This document shows, in pieces, positions 9,391-18,789 of a stretch of DNA of 64,000 nucleotides. The notes beneath the pieces are model-generated. The model ran no database searches. It saw nothing but the letters and a program-made list of their open reading frames with translations, and was not told the origin of the DNA. This DNA comes from Alphaproteobacteria bacterium. Lineage in GTDB: Bacteria; Pseudomonadota; Alphaproteobacteria; UBA828. Location of the stretch: the NCBI GenBank assembly GCA_963667785.2, contig CAXXMU010000002.1:864001-928000 (forward strand). The letters run 5' to 3'. A program made the position numbers and the translations under genes. The first letter of the stretch is position 1. Each line of letters opens with the position of its first letter.

Positions 9391-10703
9391 CCGCCGATCA
9401 GGCGCGCCAGCACCGACTCGAACGAGAGCGCCTCGGCCTCGCCGCCGCTCCGCGCCTTCAGCTCGGCCGTGCCGGACTTGACGCCGCGCGGCCCCACCGC
9501 GACCTGCCAGGGCAGGCCGATCAGCTCCATCTCCGCGAACTTGACGCCCGCGCGCTCGTCCCGGTCGTCGTAGAGCACCTCGACGCCTGCGTCCGCGAGG
9601 CGGGCGTAGAGCGTATCGCACGCCTCGTCGCAGGCCGGATCGCCGGCACGGAGATTGACGAGCCCGACCGCGAAGGGTGCCGCGACCTCGGGCCAGACGA
9701 TGCCCGCCTCGTCGTGGCTCGCCTCGATGATGGCGCCCGCGAGGCGGGAGACGCCGATTCCGTAGGAGCCCATCTCGACCGCGACCTCGGCGCCCTCTGC
9801 ATCGGTCACGGTCGCGCCCATCGCCTTCGAGTACTTGGTGCCGAAGTAGAAGATGTGGCCCACCTCGATGCCGCGGCCCTGGTAGAGGGACTCGGCCGGA
9901 GCCGGGCACCGCTCGGGGTCGTGCTTGTCGTCGGTGGCGGCGTAGAGCCGGGTCCACTCGTCCACGATCGGCTGCAGGTCCGCCTCGTAGTCGATCGCCA
10001 TCGCCAGCGGGTCGGTATCGAGCCAGGCGCGGTCGCAGTAGACGGCGCTCTCGCCCGTGTCGGCCAACACGATGAACTCGTGGCTGTAGTCGCCGCCGAT
10101 GGCGCCGCTCTCCGCCTGCATCGGGATCGAGGTGAGCCCGAGCCGGGCGAAGGTGCGCAAGTACGCCACGAACATCCTGTTGTAGGAGCGCACCGCGCCG
10201 GCATGGTCGATGTCGAAGGAGTAGTTGTCCTTCATGTAGAACTCACGGCCGCGCATGATGCCGAAGCGCGGGCGCAGCTCGTCCCGGAACTTCCACTGGA
10301 TCTGGTAAAGGTTCTGCGGCAGGTCGCGATAGCTCCGCACCGACTGGCGGAAGATGTCGGTCACCACCTCCTCGTGGGTGGGGCCGAAGAGCATCGGGCG
10401 CTCGTGCCGGTCGGTGAAGCGCAGCATCTCCCTGCCGTAATCCTGGTAGCGGCCGCTCTCCTCCCAGAGCTCCGCCGGCTGCACCGCCGGCATGAGGATC
10501 TCCTGGCAGCCGGCGGCGTCCATCTCCTCGCGCACCACCTGCTCGATCTTGCGCAGCACGCGATGGCCGAGCGGCAGCCAGCTATAGATGCCAGCGCTGG
10601 ACTGCCGGATCATGCCGGCGCGCAGCATCAGCCGGTGAGACACGATCTGCGCCTCGGCCGGGTTCTCCCTCAGGGTCGGCAGAAAGTAACGTGAGCGCCG
10701 CAT
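9387..10703 (-). CDS. proS: Proline--tRNA ligase (short type without editing insertion)
   Basis: [69 protein letters not shown]; 438 aa from ATG 10703. Confidence 0.97.
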   Translation of the reverse strand: MRRSRYFLPTLRENPAEAQIVSHRLMLRAGMIRQSSAGIYSWLPLGHRVLRKIEQVVREEMDAAGCQEILMPAVQPAELWEESGRYQDYGREMLRFTDRHERPMLFGPTHEEVVTDIFRQSVRSYRDLPQNLYQIQWKFRDELRPRFGIMRGREFYMKDNYSFDIDHAGAVRSYNRMFVAYLRTFARLGLTSIPMQAESGAIGGDYSHEFIVLADTGESAVYCDRAWLDTDPLAMAIDYEADLQPIVDEWTRLYAATDDKHDPERCPAPAESLYQGRGIEVGHIFYFGTKYSKAMGATVTDAEGAEVAVEMGSYGIGVSRLAGAIIEASHDEAGIVWPEVAAPFAVGLVNLRAGDPACDEACDTLYARLADAGVEVLYDDRDERAGVKFAEMELIGLPWQVAVGPRGVKSGTAELKARSGGEAEALSFESVLARLIGG

Positions 10704-10840
10704 GGGCCTCCGCCTCGCAGGCATCGAACGCGCCGCGTTTATGCCCAAGGCCGGGCCAAAGCGCAATGCGGCGGCGCGGCAGCGGCGCGTGCGCCACCGG
10801 CGACGGTGATAGAGTCCCTCGACGCCGCCAGGAGGTCCCC

Positions 10841-11227
10841 ATGCTGAAGATCTACAATCCCGGCGATATCGCCGGCCCGTTCGGTCACTACGACCACGGC
10901 GTGGAGGCGGTGAACGTCTCGCGCCTGCTGCACGTATCGGGGCAGGTCGGCACCGATCCCGACGGCAGCGTGCCGGACGAGGTGGAGGCGCAGATCGAGC
11001 GCGTCTGGCTCAACATCGAGGCCGTGCTCGCCGCCGCCGACATGACCACCACCAACATCGTGCGCACCATCACCTACATGCTGGACCGGAGCGCCGTGCC
11101 GCTGCTCGGCGCCGCCCGGCTCAGGCATCTCGGCGCCGACCACAAGGCCGCCTCGTCGACCATCGTCGTCGCCGGCCTGGTGCGGCCCGAGTGGAAGGTC
11201 GAGATCGACGCCGTGGCCGTGGCCTGA
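10841..11227 (+). CDS. RidA/YjgF family protein
   Basis: [27 protein letters not shown]; AGGAGG RBS before ATG 10841. Confidence 0.88.
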   Translation: MLKIYNPGDIAGPFGHYDHGVEAVNVSRLLHVSGQVGTDPDGSVPDEVEAQIERVWLNIEAVLAAADMTTTNIVRTITYMLDRSAVPLLGAARLRHLGADHKAASSTIVVAGLVRPEWKVEIDAVAVA

Positions 11228-11242
11228 GCCGGGAGAGCCGCG

Positions 11243-12508
11243 CTGACCCCCACCGCGCTCACGCAGGAGCGCTGGCGCGCCCAGCGCGCCTACGTGATGG
11301 AACGCTCGCCATTCCTCGCACGGCTCTGGGGCGACGGACCCGTGCCGGAGCGGCTGGAGGACCTGCCCGCGCTCCCCCTCTGCGACAAGGCGATGCTGCG
11401 CGAGGCGCAGGCGGCGCACCCGCCCTTCGGCGACTATCTCGCGGCCCGGCCCGAGCGTGTCGTCCGCCTGCACCGCACCTCGGGCACCACCGGTCAGGCC
11501 ATGAACATCGCCCAGACCGGGAAGGACGCGGCGCAAACGGCCGAGGTGGGCGGGCGCTGCTTCCAGGCCGCAGGGCTCGCGCCGGGCACGCTCACGGTCC
11601 ATTGCCTCAACTACCGGATGTGGATGGGCGGGGTGAGCGACCACCTCGCGCTGGAGGCGGCGGGCGCGACCGTCATCCCCTTCGGCACAGGGGACAGCGC
11701 GCTTCTGGTGCGCACCATCCTCGACCTCGGGATCGCCGCGATCCATTGCACGCCCTCCTACCCCGCCGCCCTGGAGCGGACCATCGCGGAGCATTTCCCG
11801 GGCCTCGCGCCGCGCGATCTCGGGCTCCGGCTCGGCCTCTTCGGCGGCGAGGCGGGGCTCGACAACCCGAGCTTCCGGGCGCGGCTGGAGTCGGTCTGGG
11901 GCTTCGCCGCGCGCAACGCCAACTACGGCGTCTCCGACGCGTTCAGCATCTTCGCGAGCCAGTGCGAGGCGAACGACGACCTGCACTTCCTGGCCGAGGA
12001 CGTGCTGCATGCGGAGCTGATCGAGCCGGAGAGCGCAGAGCCCGTGCCGTGGCGCGACGGCGAGAGCGGCGAGCTGGTGCTGACCCACCTCGCGCGCGAG
12101 GCGCAGCCGCTGGTGCGCTTCCGCACCGGCGACGTGATCGCGGTGACCGGAACCGGCGCCTGCGCCTGCGGACGGGTCGTGCCCCGCTTCCGCGTGCTCG
12201 GCCGCAGCGACGACATGGTGGTGGTGCGGGGCGTGAACGTCTTCCCCGCCGCGGTCGGCGGCGTGATCGCAGGCTTCGACGCGCTCTCGGGCGAGTTCCG
12301 CATCCGGCTCAAGGGCCACGGCCCCTACGACCGGCTGCCGGTGGAGGCGGAGCTCGCGGCGGGCCACGAGGCAACGGACGTGCTCGCCACTCGCATCGAG
12401 GACGCGCTGAGGGCGGCGCTCCGCGCGTCTGCCCGCGTGACCCTGCTGCCGCCTGCCGCGCTGCCGCGCACCGGCGGCAAGACGCGGCGCCTGATCAGGG
12501 AGGACTGA
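11243..12508 (+). CDS. Phenylacetate-CoA ligase-like acyl-CoA synthetase (start uncertain: CTG 11243 or GTG/ATG 11294/11297)
   Basis: RTSGTTG, NYGVSD, PLVRFRTGD, GRSDDM..RGVNVFP, GKTRRL. Confidence 0.85.
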   Translation: MTPTALTQERWRAQRAYVMERSPFLARLWGDGPVPERLEDLPALPLCDKAMLREAQAAHPPFGDYLAARPERVVRLHRTSGTTGQAMNIAQTGKDAAQTAEVGGRCFQAAGLAPGTLTVHCLNYRMWMGGVSDHLALEAAGATVIPFGTGDSALLVRTILDLGIAAIHCTPSYPAALERTIAEHFPGLAPRDLGLRLGLFGGEAGLDNPSFRARLESVWGFAARNANYGVSDAFSIFASQCEANDDLHFLAEDVLHAELIEPESAEPVPWRDGESGELVLTHLAREAQPLVRFRTGDVIAVTGTGACACGRVVPRFRVLGRSDDMVVVRGVNVFPAAVGGVIAGFDALSGEFRIRLKGHGPYDRLPVEAELAAGHEATDVLATRIEDALRAALRASARVTLLPPAALPRTGGKTRRLIRED

Positions 12509-12510
12509 CG

Positions 12511-13278
12511 ATGCCCGGCACCGTGCAGAGCGAGACGGAGGACGGCGTCGCCACGCTGACGCTCAACAGGCCGGAGCGGCTCAACGCGCTCAACGACGCG
12601 CTGCTGGCCGACCTCTGCGCCGCCCTGGACGCCGCGCTCGCCGACGATGCGGTGGGCGCGCTCGTGCTGCGCGGGGCGGGGCGGGCCTTCTGCGCCGGCG
12701 ACGACCTCAAGGAGATCGAGAGCCAGACCGCCGGCGAGGCGGAGACGCGGGCCTTCATCGAGGCGATCCAGGCGGTCAGCCGCCGGCTCGTGCTGGGCGA
12801 CCGGGTGGTGGTCGGCGCGATCCACGGCTGGGCCGTGGGCGGCGGGCTGGAATGGGCGATCAACTGCGACCTCGCCGTCTTCGCCGAGGGCACCCGGTGC
12901 TTCTTCCCCGAGATCGCGTGGGGCATGTTCCCGACCGGCGGCGTGACGGCGATCCTGCCCCGCATCGTCGGCCTCGCGAAGACCCGCGAGCTGCTGCTGC
13001 TGGGCGAGACCTTCGACGCGCACGAGGCTCAGGCGATGGGCCTCGCCTGGCGCGTGGTGCCCGAGGACGAGGTGTTCGCCATGGCGCACGAGACTGCAGC
13101 CCGCATCGCCGCCCTGCCGCAGCCTGCGGTGCGCGACCTCAAGCGGGTGCTCAACCGGGCGGGCTCCCTCGATGTCGAGGGCGCGCTCGCGCTGGAGACG
13201 GAGGCGACCGTGCGCCGCTTCCTCGATCCCGCAACCGCCGAGCGGGTGAAGGTTTTTGGCGAAAGCCGCACCCGCTAG
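12511..13278 (+). CDS. Enoyl-CoA hydratase/isomerase family protein
   Basis: TLTLNRPERLNAL, FCAGDDL, GWAVGGGLE, FPE..GMFP. Confidence 0.92.
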   Translation: MPGTVQSETEDGVATLTLNRPERLNALNDALLADLCAALDAALADDAVGALVLRGAGRAFCAGDDLKEIESQTAGEAETRAFIEAIQAVSRRLVLGDRVVVGAIHGWAVGGGLEWAINCDLAVFAEGTRCFFPEIAWGMFPTGGVTAILPRIVGLAKTRELLLLGETFDAHEAQAMGLAWRVVPEDEVFAMAHETAARIAALPQPAVRDLKRVLNRAGSLDVEGALALETEATVRRFLDPATAERVKVFGESRTR

Positions 13279-13404
13279 CCGCGCCTCTCCGCCCTCCCCG
13301 CACCTCTCCGCCCCGCCCGGCCGCTGCCGGGGCGGCGTTGCGCATAGGCGGTGCCGGGACGACAATGCGCCGGGGCAACGCCGCAGACGCGGGAGGCAAC
13401 GGCG

Positions 13405-15399
13405 ATGAACGAGAGCGCGACCAGCAATGTCACCGTAGGCGCAGAGACGCTTCGGGATCTCTACCTCACCATGCGCCGCATCCGCGCTTTCGAGGACAAG
13501 ACCGCCGACCTCTTCCAGGAAGGCGTCGTCAAGGGCACGGCCCACAGCTACAAGGGCGAGGAGGCAATCGCCGCCGGCGTCTGCGCGGCGCTGCGCGACG
13601 ACGACATCATCGCCTCCTACCACCGCGGCCACGGCCACTGCATCGCCAAGGGCGCCCGCATCGACCGCATGATGGCGGAGCTGATGGGCCGCCAGACCGG
13701 CTACTGCCAGGGCCTCGGCGGCTCCATGCACATCGCCGACATGGAGCTCAACATCATGGGCGCGAACGGCATCGTCGGCGCTGCCATGCCGCTCGCCACC
13801 GGCGCGGGCCTCGCCGCCAGGCTGGAGGGGTCGGACCGCGTGGCCGTGGCCTTCTTCGGCGACGGCGCGTCGAACCAGGGCGTCTTCCACGAATCGCTCA
13901 ACCTCGCGGCGGTGTGGAAGCTGCCGGTGATCTTCGTCTGCGAGAACAACCAGTACGCGCTGTCCACCTCCTACCGGAACACCACCGCCGTCTCCCAGGT
14001 CGCGAACCGGGCGGCCTCCTACGAGATTCCCGGCATCACCGTGGACGGGAACGACGGCGTCGAGGTCTATCTCGTGCTGCGCGAGGCGGTCGACCGCGCC
14101 CGCACCGGCGACGGGCCGACGCTGATCGAGGCGATGACCTACCGCCACGGCCAGCACTCGCTCCGCGTCAACCTGCGCGACCCGCGGCCCGAGGACGAGC
14201 TCCAGACCTGGCTCGACCGCGACCCCATCGCGCGGATGGAGAAGCGCCTCAGCAGCGAGGGCGGCTTCTCCGAGGACCAGTTCGACGAGACCAACCGCGC
14301 CGTCGAGGACGAGATCGAGACCGCCGTGACTTACGGCCGCGAGAGCCCGGAGCCGCCGGTGCACGTGATGCTCGACGCCGTCTACGCCCCCCACGCGGCG
14401 CACACCGAGCCGGGGCCGGAGACCGAGCGCATGCTCTCCTACCCCGAGGCGCTCAACGAGGCGCTGGACCAGGAGATGCTGCGGGACGACCGGGTCTTCC
14501 TCATGGGCGAGGACGTGGGCGCCACCGGCGGCATCTTCGGCGTCTCCAAGGGGCTGATGGAGCGCTACGGGGCCGAGCGCGTGCGCGACACGCCGATCTC
14601 GGAGGCGACCTTCGTCGGCTGCGGCGTCGGCGCCGCCATCGCCGGCATGCGGCCGGTGGTTGAGATCCAGATCTTCGACTTCGTCGCGCTCACCATGGAC
14701 ATGCTGGTCAACCAGGCGGCCAAGTTCCGCTTCATGCTGGGCGGCAAGCCTTCCGTGCCGCTGGTGGTGCGCGGGCCGCAGGGCGGCGGCATCCGGCTCG
14801 CGGCCCAGCACAGCCAGAGCCTGGAGGCCTGGTTCACCCACGTGCCGGGGCTCGTGGTGGCGGCGCCCTCCACGCCCTACGACGCCAAGGGGCTGCTGGT
14901 GGCCGCGATCCGCGACGAAAACCCGGTGGTCTTCCTGGAGCAGAAGCTGCTCTACCTCGGCGGCACCGGGCCGGTGCCGGAGGAGCTCTACGCCATCCCC
15001 CTCGGCAAGGCCGACATCAAGCGCGAGGGCACGGACGTCACCGTGGTCGCCACGTCCGCCATGGTGCCGCGCGCGCTCAGCGCCGCCACGGTGCTGGAGC
15101 GCGACGGCGTCAGCGTCGAGGTGATCGACCCGAGGACCCTGCAGCCCTTGGACGAGGAGACCATCCTCGCCAGCGTGCGCAAGACCAACCGGCTGCTGAT
15201 CGTGCACGAGGCCTGGGTGCGCGGCGGCTTCGGCGCCGAGGTGGCGGCCATGGTGGTGGACAAGGCCTTCGACTACCTCGATGCCCCCGTCGCCCGCCTC
15301 GGCGCCCCGCACACGCCGATGCCCTACAACGACCGCCTCGAGCTCGAGGTCATCCCCTCGCAGGAGCGCATCGTGGAGGCGATCCGCGCGCTGCTGTAA
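13405..15399 (+). CDS. Fused 2-oxoacid/acetoin dehydrogenase E1 alpha+beta
   Basis: HRGHGH, GGSMH, TPP motif [13 protein letters not shown], then beta-domain [24 protein letters not shown]. Confidence 0.92.
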   Translation: MNESATSNVTVGAETLRDLYLTMRRIRAFEDKTADLFQEGVVKGTAHSYKGEEAIAAGVCAALRDDDIIASYHRGHGHCIAKGARIDRMMAELMGRQTGYCQGLGGSMHIADMELNIMGANGIVGAAMPLATGAGLAARLEGSDRVAVAFFGDGASNQGVFHESLNLAAVWKLPVIFVCENNQYALSTSYRNTTAVSQVANRAASYEIPGITVDGNDGVEVYLVLREAVDRARTGDGPTLIEAMTYRHGQHSLRVNLRDPRPEDELQTWLDRDPIARMEKRLSSEGGFSEDQFDETNRAVEDEIETAVTYGRESPEPPVHVMLDAVYAPHAAHTEPGPETERMLSYPEALNEALDQEMLRDDRVFLMGEDVGATGGIFGVSKGLMERYGAERVRDTPISEATFVGCGVGAAIAGMRPVVEIQIFDFVALTMDMLVNQAAKFRFMLGGKPSVPLVVRGPQGGGIRLAAQHSQSLEAWFTHVPGLVVAAPSTPYDAKGLLVAAIRDENPVVFLEQKLLYLGGTGPVPEELYAIPLGKADIKREGTDVTVVATSAMVPRALSAATVLERDGVSVEVIDPRTLQPLDEETILASVRKTNRLLIVHEAWVRGGFGAEVAAMVVDKAFDYLDAPVARLGAPHTPMPYNDRLELEVIPSQERIVEAIRALL

Positions 15400-15463
15400 C
15401 CCTGCCGGCGGCAGGCGGGCCGAGATGTGCGCGCCGTGCGGGACAGGGGGCCGGGGCGGCACC

Positions 15464-15591
15464 GGGATCCTGTGGGATCCTGTGGGATTCGGCGGGATTC
15501 GGCTGGAGAAGGCGGGATTGCACGGGACGGGAGCGGGGGTCCTGGGGGGCATGCGGGATTTCGTGGGATAGCGAGGGATTCCGGGCGGGAC
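15464..15591 (+). repeat. 10-bp-phased GGGAT tandem array
   Basis: GGGA(T) at 15464, 15474, 15484, 15494, 15514, 15524, then 15555, 15565, 15575. Confidence 0.8.
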
Positions 15592-15766
15592 AGGTGGCCT
15601 CCATATCCCACTTGAGCACCGGCTCCCCTGCCGTGCCCCGCTCCTTCCCGCTCGTCGCCGCTCTCCCACATCATGCCGCGACCTTCGCACGCCTCCCGCA
15701 CGAGCGGCACCGCACCATGGTCCGGGCAATGGGGTGAGGCGGCGGAAGCACGCCACCGCCAGCCGA

Positions 15767-15949
15767 CCCCTCCTCACCCCGGCCCTCTCCTCCCCGGCGG
15801 GGAGGAGAGGGAGGATAGGCGGCACCGCCACCGTCCTTCACCGCCCTCCGGGGACGTGCTTCACTGCCCTCTGGGTTTGAGAGCAAGGTCAGTGCAACCC
15901 ACGTCCCCTCTCCGCCCTTCAAGGGGGGAGAGGGACAGGGAGAGGTGGG
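15767..15949. repeat. Composite palindromic (boxC/REP-like) element, left copy
   Basis: CCTCACCCCGGCCCTCTCCTCCCC-GGC-GGGGAGGAGAGGG, GGCGG-CA-CCGCC, and CCCTCTCC..GGAGAGGGACAGGGAGAGGTGGG; reverse complement resembles 18586-18694. Confidence 0.8.
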
Positions 15950-16123
15950 TTTACTGGCTCGGCGACTCGCTCCGGCCCGCCGCGCCCTGCCCTTCCGTCA
16001 CCTCGTGATCGTCCTGGGCAGCCTCGCCCGGCGGCTTCGGCGTGACCGGACGCTGGGCCCGCGTGCTATGGTCGCCACCACCTCTGCTGGAGTGGGAGGT
16101 GCGCTGAGGGAGTGGATGACGCA

Positions 16124-16324
16124 ATGACCTCCAACCGAATGCCCGGCCTAGATTTTGGGCTCGGCGAGACGGCCGACATGATCCGCTCGTCCGCCGAGAG
16201 CTTCGCGCAGGCCGAGATCGCCCCACGTGCCGAAGAGATCGAGGCGAGCAGCCTGTTGCCTCTTCTACCCTTGCCAGCACACGAGACAATGGGCATTACG
16301 TTCACAATCATAGAAAAGCGATAG
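16124..16324 (+). pseudogene. Truncated duplicate of the ivd 5' end (about 42 codons) fused to unrelated sequence
   Basis: [42 protein letters not shown] matches the N-terminus of 17323..18495, then diverges at about 16250; stops at 16324. Confidence 0.88.
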
Positions 16325-16328
16325 CTCA

Positions 16329-17066
16329 ATGAATGACGCGTCACTTTTTAGGAAATTGAGTCCAAATACCAATATCTATAGGATATTCTCAAACAAATAC
16401 TTTTTTGAACTGTTCGAGAATAGACAAAACGCGCTAGTATTGCCAAGAAAGTGGGACGATCCATTCGAAAATGTTTTGTTGCGCTGCAAGGCCCGATCAG
16501 TCTCAGACGATGAGGAAGTTACCTTCGGATTTAGAGACCGTGTCTATGGCCAATGCTGGACACTGGAATCCGTCTCTGACGCTATGTGGCAAATATATTC
16601 ACGCAAAAGAAACGGAATCCGCGTAAGAACGACAGTTGGAAAGCTCATCGAAAGCATCCGCGCAGTGCACGGCGAAGGAGCGAATTTGAGCTGCTTTATT
16701 GGACGCGTCAGTTATGTGACCGACGAGAAGCTTCGTGAGCTTGGCAAAACACTCTTTAAAGAATGTGTCCATAGCCGCAAGGTTGCGCAGTCACTGCTCA
16801 TTAAGCGTAAAGCCTACAGATACGAAAATGAGGTGCGACTAATCTATTTCGATCATGCTCATCATCAATCCATTAGAGAGGTTTACAGATATAGCTTTGA
16901 TCCACTCTATATGATCGACCAGGTTATGGTTGATGGACGGATTCCTGTAGAAAAATCTCTTGCTTTGAAACAGGAGATTTTCGAGCGCACTGGTCTTTCA
17001 AAACGTCGCATTAGACGCTCATTGCTTTACAGTGAGCCGAAAAATTTTGTTGTATACGTTCCATAA
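16329..17066 (+). CDS. DUF2971 domain protein
   Basis: YR..W-DDPFE..YGQCWT..SDAMWQIYS..GIRV..KRKAYRYENEVR motifs; atypical codon usage. Confidence 0.8.
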   Translation: MNDASLFRKLSPNTNIYRIFSNKYFFELFENRQNALVLPRKWDDPFENVLLRCKARSVSDDEEVTFGFRDRVYGQCWTLESVSDAMWQIYSRKRNGIRVRTTVGKLIESIRAVHGEGANLSCFIGRVSYVTDEKLRELGKTLFKECVHSRKVAQSLLIKRKAYRYENEVRLIYFDHAHHQSIREVYRYSFDPLYMIDQVMVDGRIPVEKSLALKQEIFERTGLSKRRIRRSLLYSEPKNFVVYVP

Positions 17067-17322
17067 TCTATCACAATAATGCATCTCCCCTGTAGTGTTG
17101 TCCAGAAACACTTGAGAAGTGTTATTCACATTCTCAGGGCAGCTAAGCGCGCGATTCAAGCATAAGCGAGCCCCTGCTCACTACAACACCGAATAATTCA
17201 GCTATTGCTTGCGGCTATCTGATGTACCCTAGCGTGCGCGAGAGCACCGCCAAGCTTTCCGGCCCTGTGCTATTGTCACCACACCGTTGGAGTGTGAGGC
17301 AGCGAAAGGAGCCGGCATCGCA

Positions 17323-18495
17323 ATGACCTCCAACCGAATGCCCGGCCTGGATTTCGGGCTCGGCGAGACGGCCGACATGATCCGGTCCTCGGTCGAGAGC
17401 TTCGCGCAGGCCGAGATCGCCCCGCGCGCGGAAGAGATCGACGCGAGCAACGCCTTCCCGCGCGACCTCTGGCCCCGGCTCGGCGAACTCGGGCTGCTCG
17501 GCATCACCGTGGAGGAGGAGCAAGGCGGCAGCGGCCTCGGCTACCTCGAGCACTGCGTCGCCATGGAGGAGGTGAGCCGCGCGTCCGCCTCCGTCGGCCT
17601 CAGCTACGGCGCGCACTCCAACCTCTGCGTCAACCAGATCAGGCTGAACGGCACGCCCGCCCAGCGCGACCGCCACCTGCCGAAGCTCATCTCCGGCGAG
17701 CATGTCGGCGCGCTCGCCATGAGCGAGCCGGGCGCGGGCTCGGACGTGGTGGGCATGCGCACGCGGGCGGAGCGCAAGGGCGATCGCTACGTGCTGAACG
17801 GGTCCAAGATGTGGATCACCAACGGGCCGGAGGCCGAGGTGCTGGTGGTCTACGCCAAGACCGACGCAGAGGCCGGCAGCCGCGGCATCACCGCCTTCCT
17901 GATCGAGAAGGGCATGCCCGGCTTCTCCACCGCCCAGAAGCTCGACAAGCTCGGCATGCGCGGCTCCGACACCTGCGAGCTCGTGTTCGAGGACTGCGAG
18001 GTGCCGGCGGAGAACGTGATCGGCGAGGAGGGCGGCGGCGTGGGCGTGCTGATGAGCGGGCTCGACTACGAGCGCGCGGTGCTGGCCGCGGGCCCGCTCG
18101 GCATCATGCGCGCCTGCATGGACATCGTGCTGCCCTACGTCCACCAGCGGCAGCAGTTCGGCCGGCCCATCGGCACCTTCCAGCTCATGCAGGGCAAGCT
18201 CGCGGACATGTACACGGCGATGAACGCCTCCCGCGCCTACGTCTACGCCGTGGCGCAGGCCTGCGATCGCGGCGAGACCAGCCGCAAGGACGCCGCCGGT
18301 GCCATCCTCTTCGCCGCCGAGAAGGCCACCTGGATGGCGCTGGAGGCGATCCAGGCGCTGGGCGGCAACGGCTACGTCAACGAGTTCGCCACCGGCCGGC
18401 TGCTGCGCGACGCCAAGCTCTACGAGATCGGCGCCGGCACCAGCGAGATCCGCCGCATGCTCATCGGCCGCGAGCTCTTCGAGGAGACCGAGTGA
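17323..18495 (+). CDS. ivd: Isovaleryl-CoA dehydrogenase
   Basis: [58 protein letters not shown]. Confidence 0.95.
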   Translation: MTSNRMPGLDFGLGETADMIRSSVESFAQAEIAPRAEEIDASNAFPRDLWPRLGELGLLGITVEEEQGGSGLGYLEHCVAMEEVSRASASVGLSYGAHSNLCVNQIRLNGTPAQRDRHLPKLISGEHVGALAMSEPGAGSDVVGMRTRAERKGDRYVLNGSKMWITNGPEAEVLVVYAKTDAEAGSRGITAFLIEKGMPGFSTAQKLDKLGMRGSDTCELVFEDCEVPAENVIGEEGGGVGVLMSGLDYERAVLAAGPLGIMRACMDIVLPYVHQRQQFGRPIGTFQLMQGKLADMYTAMNASRAYVYAVAQACDRGETSRKDAAGAILFAAEKATWMALEAIQALGGNGYVNEFATGRLLRDAKLYEIGAGTSEIRRMLIGRELFEETE

Positions 18496-18585
18496 CGGCG
18501 CAGCCGCCCGCACACCGCGCGGCGACGCCCCCCCTGCCCGCTTGCGCGTCGTCCGACCTGACGGGTTCACGGCGATCCGACGACT

Positions 18586-18694
18586 CCCACCTCCCCCTGT
18601 CCCCCTCCCCCAAAGGCGGAGGGGGAACTTGGGCGGCACCGCCCGTTCTCCCTCTCCGCCCCTGGGGGCGGAGAGGGCCGGGGTGAGGTGGGGG
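18586..18694. repeat. Composite palindromic (boxC/REP-like) element, right copy, inverted relative to 15767-15949
   Basis: CCCACCTCCCCCTGTCCCCCTCC..GGAGGGGG, GGCGGCACCGCC, CCCTCTCCGCCCC-TG-GGGGCGGAGAGGGCCGGGGTGAGGTGGGG; lies between convergent genes. Confidence 0.8.
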
Positions 18695-18789
18695 TAAGCC
18701 CAGGTGGCACCGCACGAGGAGTGGGCACCCGCGGCAACTCGCTGCGATCGTGCCTGAACGAAGAGTGCTCTAGTGGCAGGAACGGGACT

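Larger units (their letters stand above)
16121..17449. mobile_element. Low-GC islet bounded by 130-bp direct repeats (16121-16250 and 17320-17449)
   Basis: Direct repeat with 10 mismatches; interior AT-rich (20/60 GC at 16321-16380 versus 39/60 at 17761-17820); no integrase inside. Confidence 0.75.

Noticed and set aside
9387-10703. ProRS lacking the editing insertion domain
   Set aside because: Normal for the short alphaproteobacterial ProRS type.
11225-11260. Selenocysteine read-through at the RidA TGA
   Set aside because: The TGA is at the normal RidA C-terminus, not a Cys-equivalent position, and no convincing SECIS hairpin follows.
780-13278. Apparent N-terminal extensions or fusions in the ORF track (780..2258, 5952..7208, 11191..13278)
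   Set aside because: Extensions overlap other real genes in another frame; internal starts give normal-length proteins.
15464-15591. Possible CRISPR array (also considered for 42401-42532)
   Set aside because: Period of 10 bp, or two contiguous 66-bp copies without unique spacers; no cas genes.
12325-15831. 1168-aa minus-strand ORF and other very long ORFs (20933..23923, 56283..59162, 57116..59563, 31849..34101, 40379..42475)
   Set aside because: Antisense or alternate-frame shadows of well-supported genes; Arg/Ala/Gly/Pro-rich with no motifs, as expected at high GC.
17067-17320. Second islet gene or integrase remnant
   Set aside because: No ORF or recombinase motif recognisable; probably promoter/spacer DNA.
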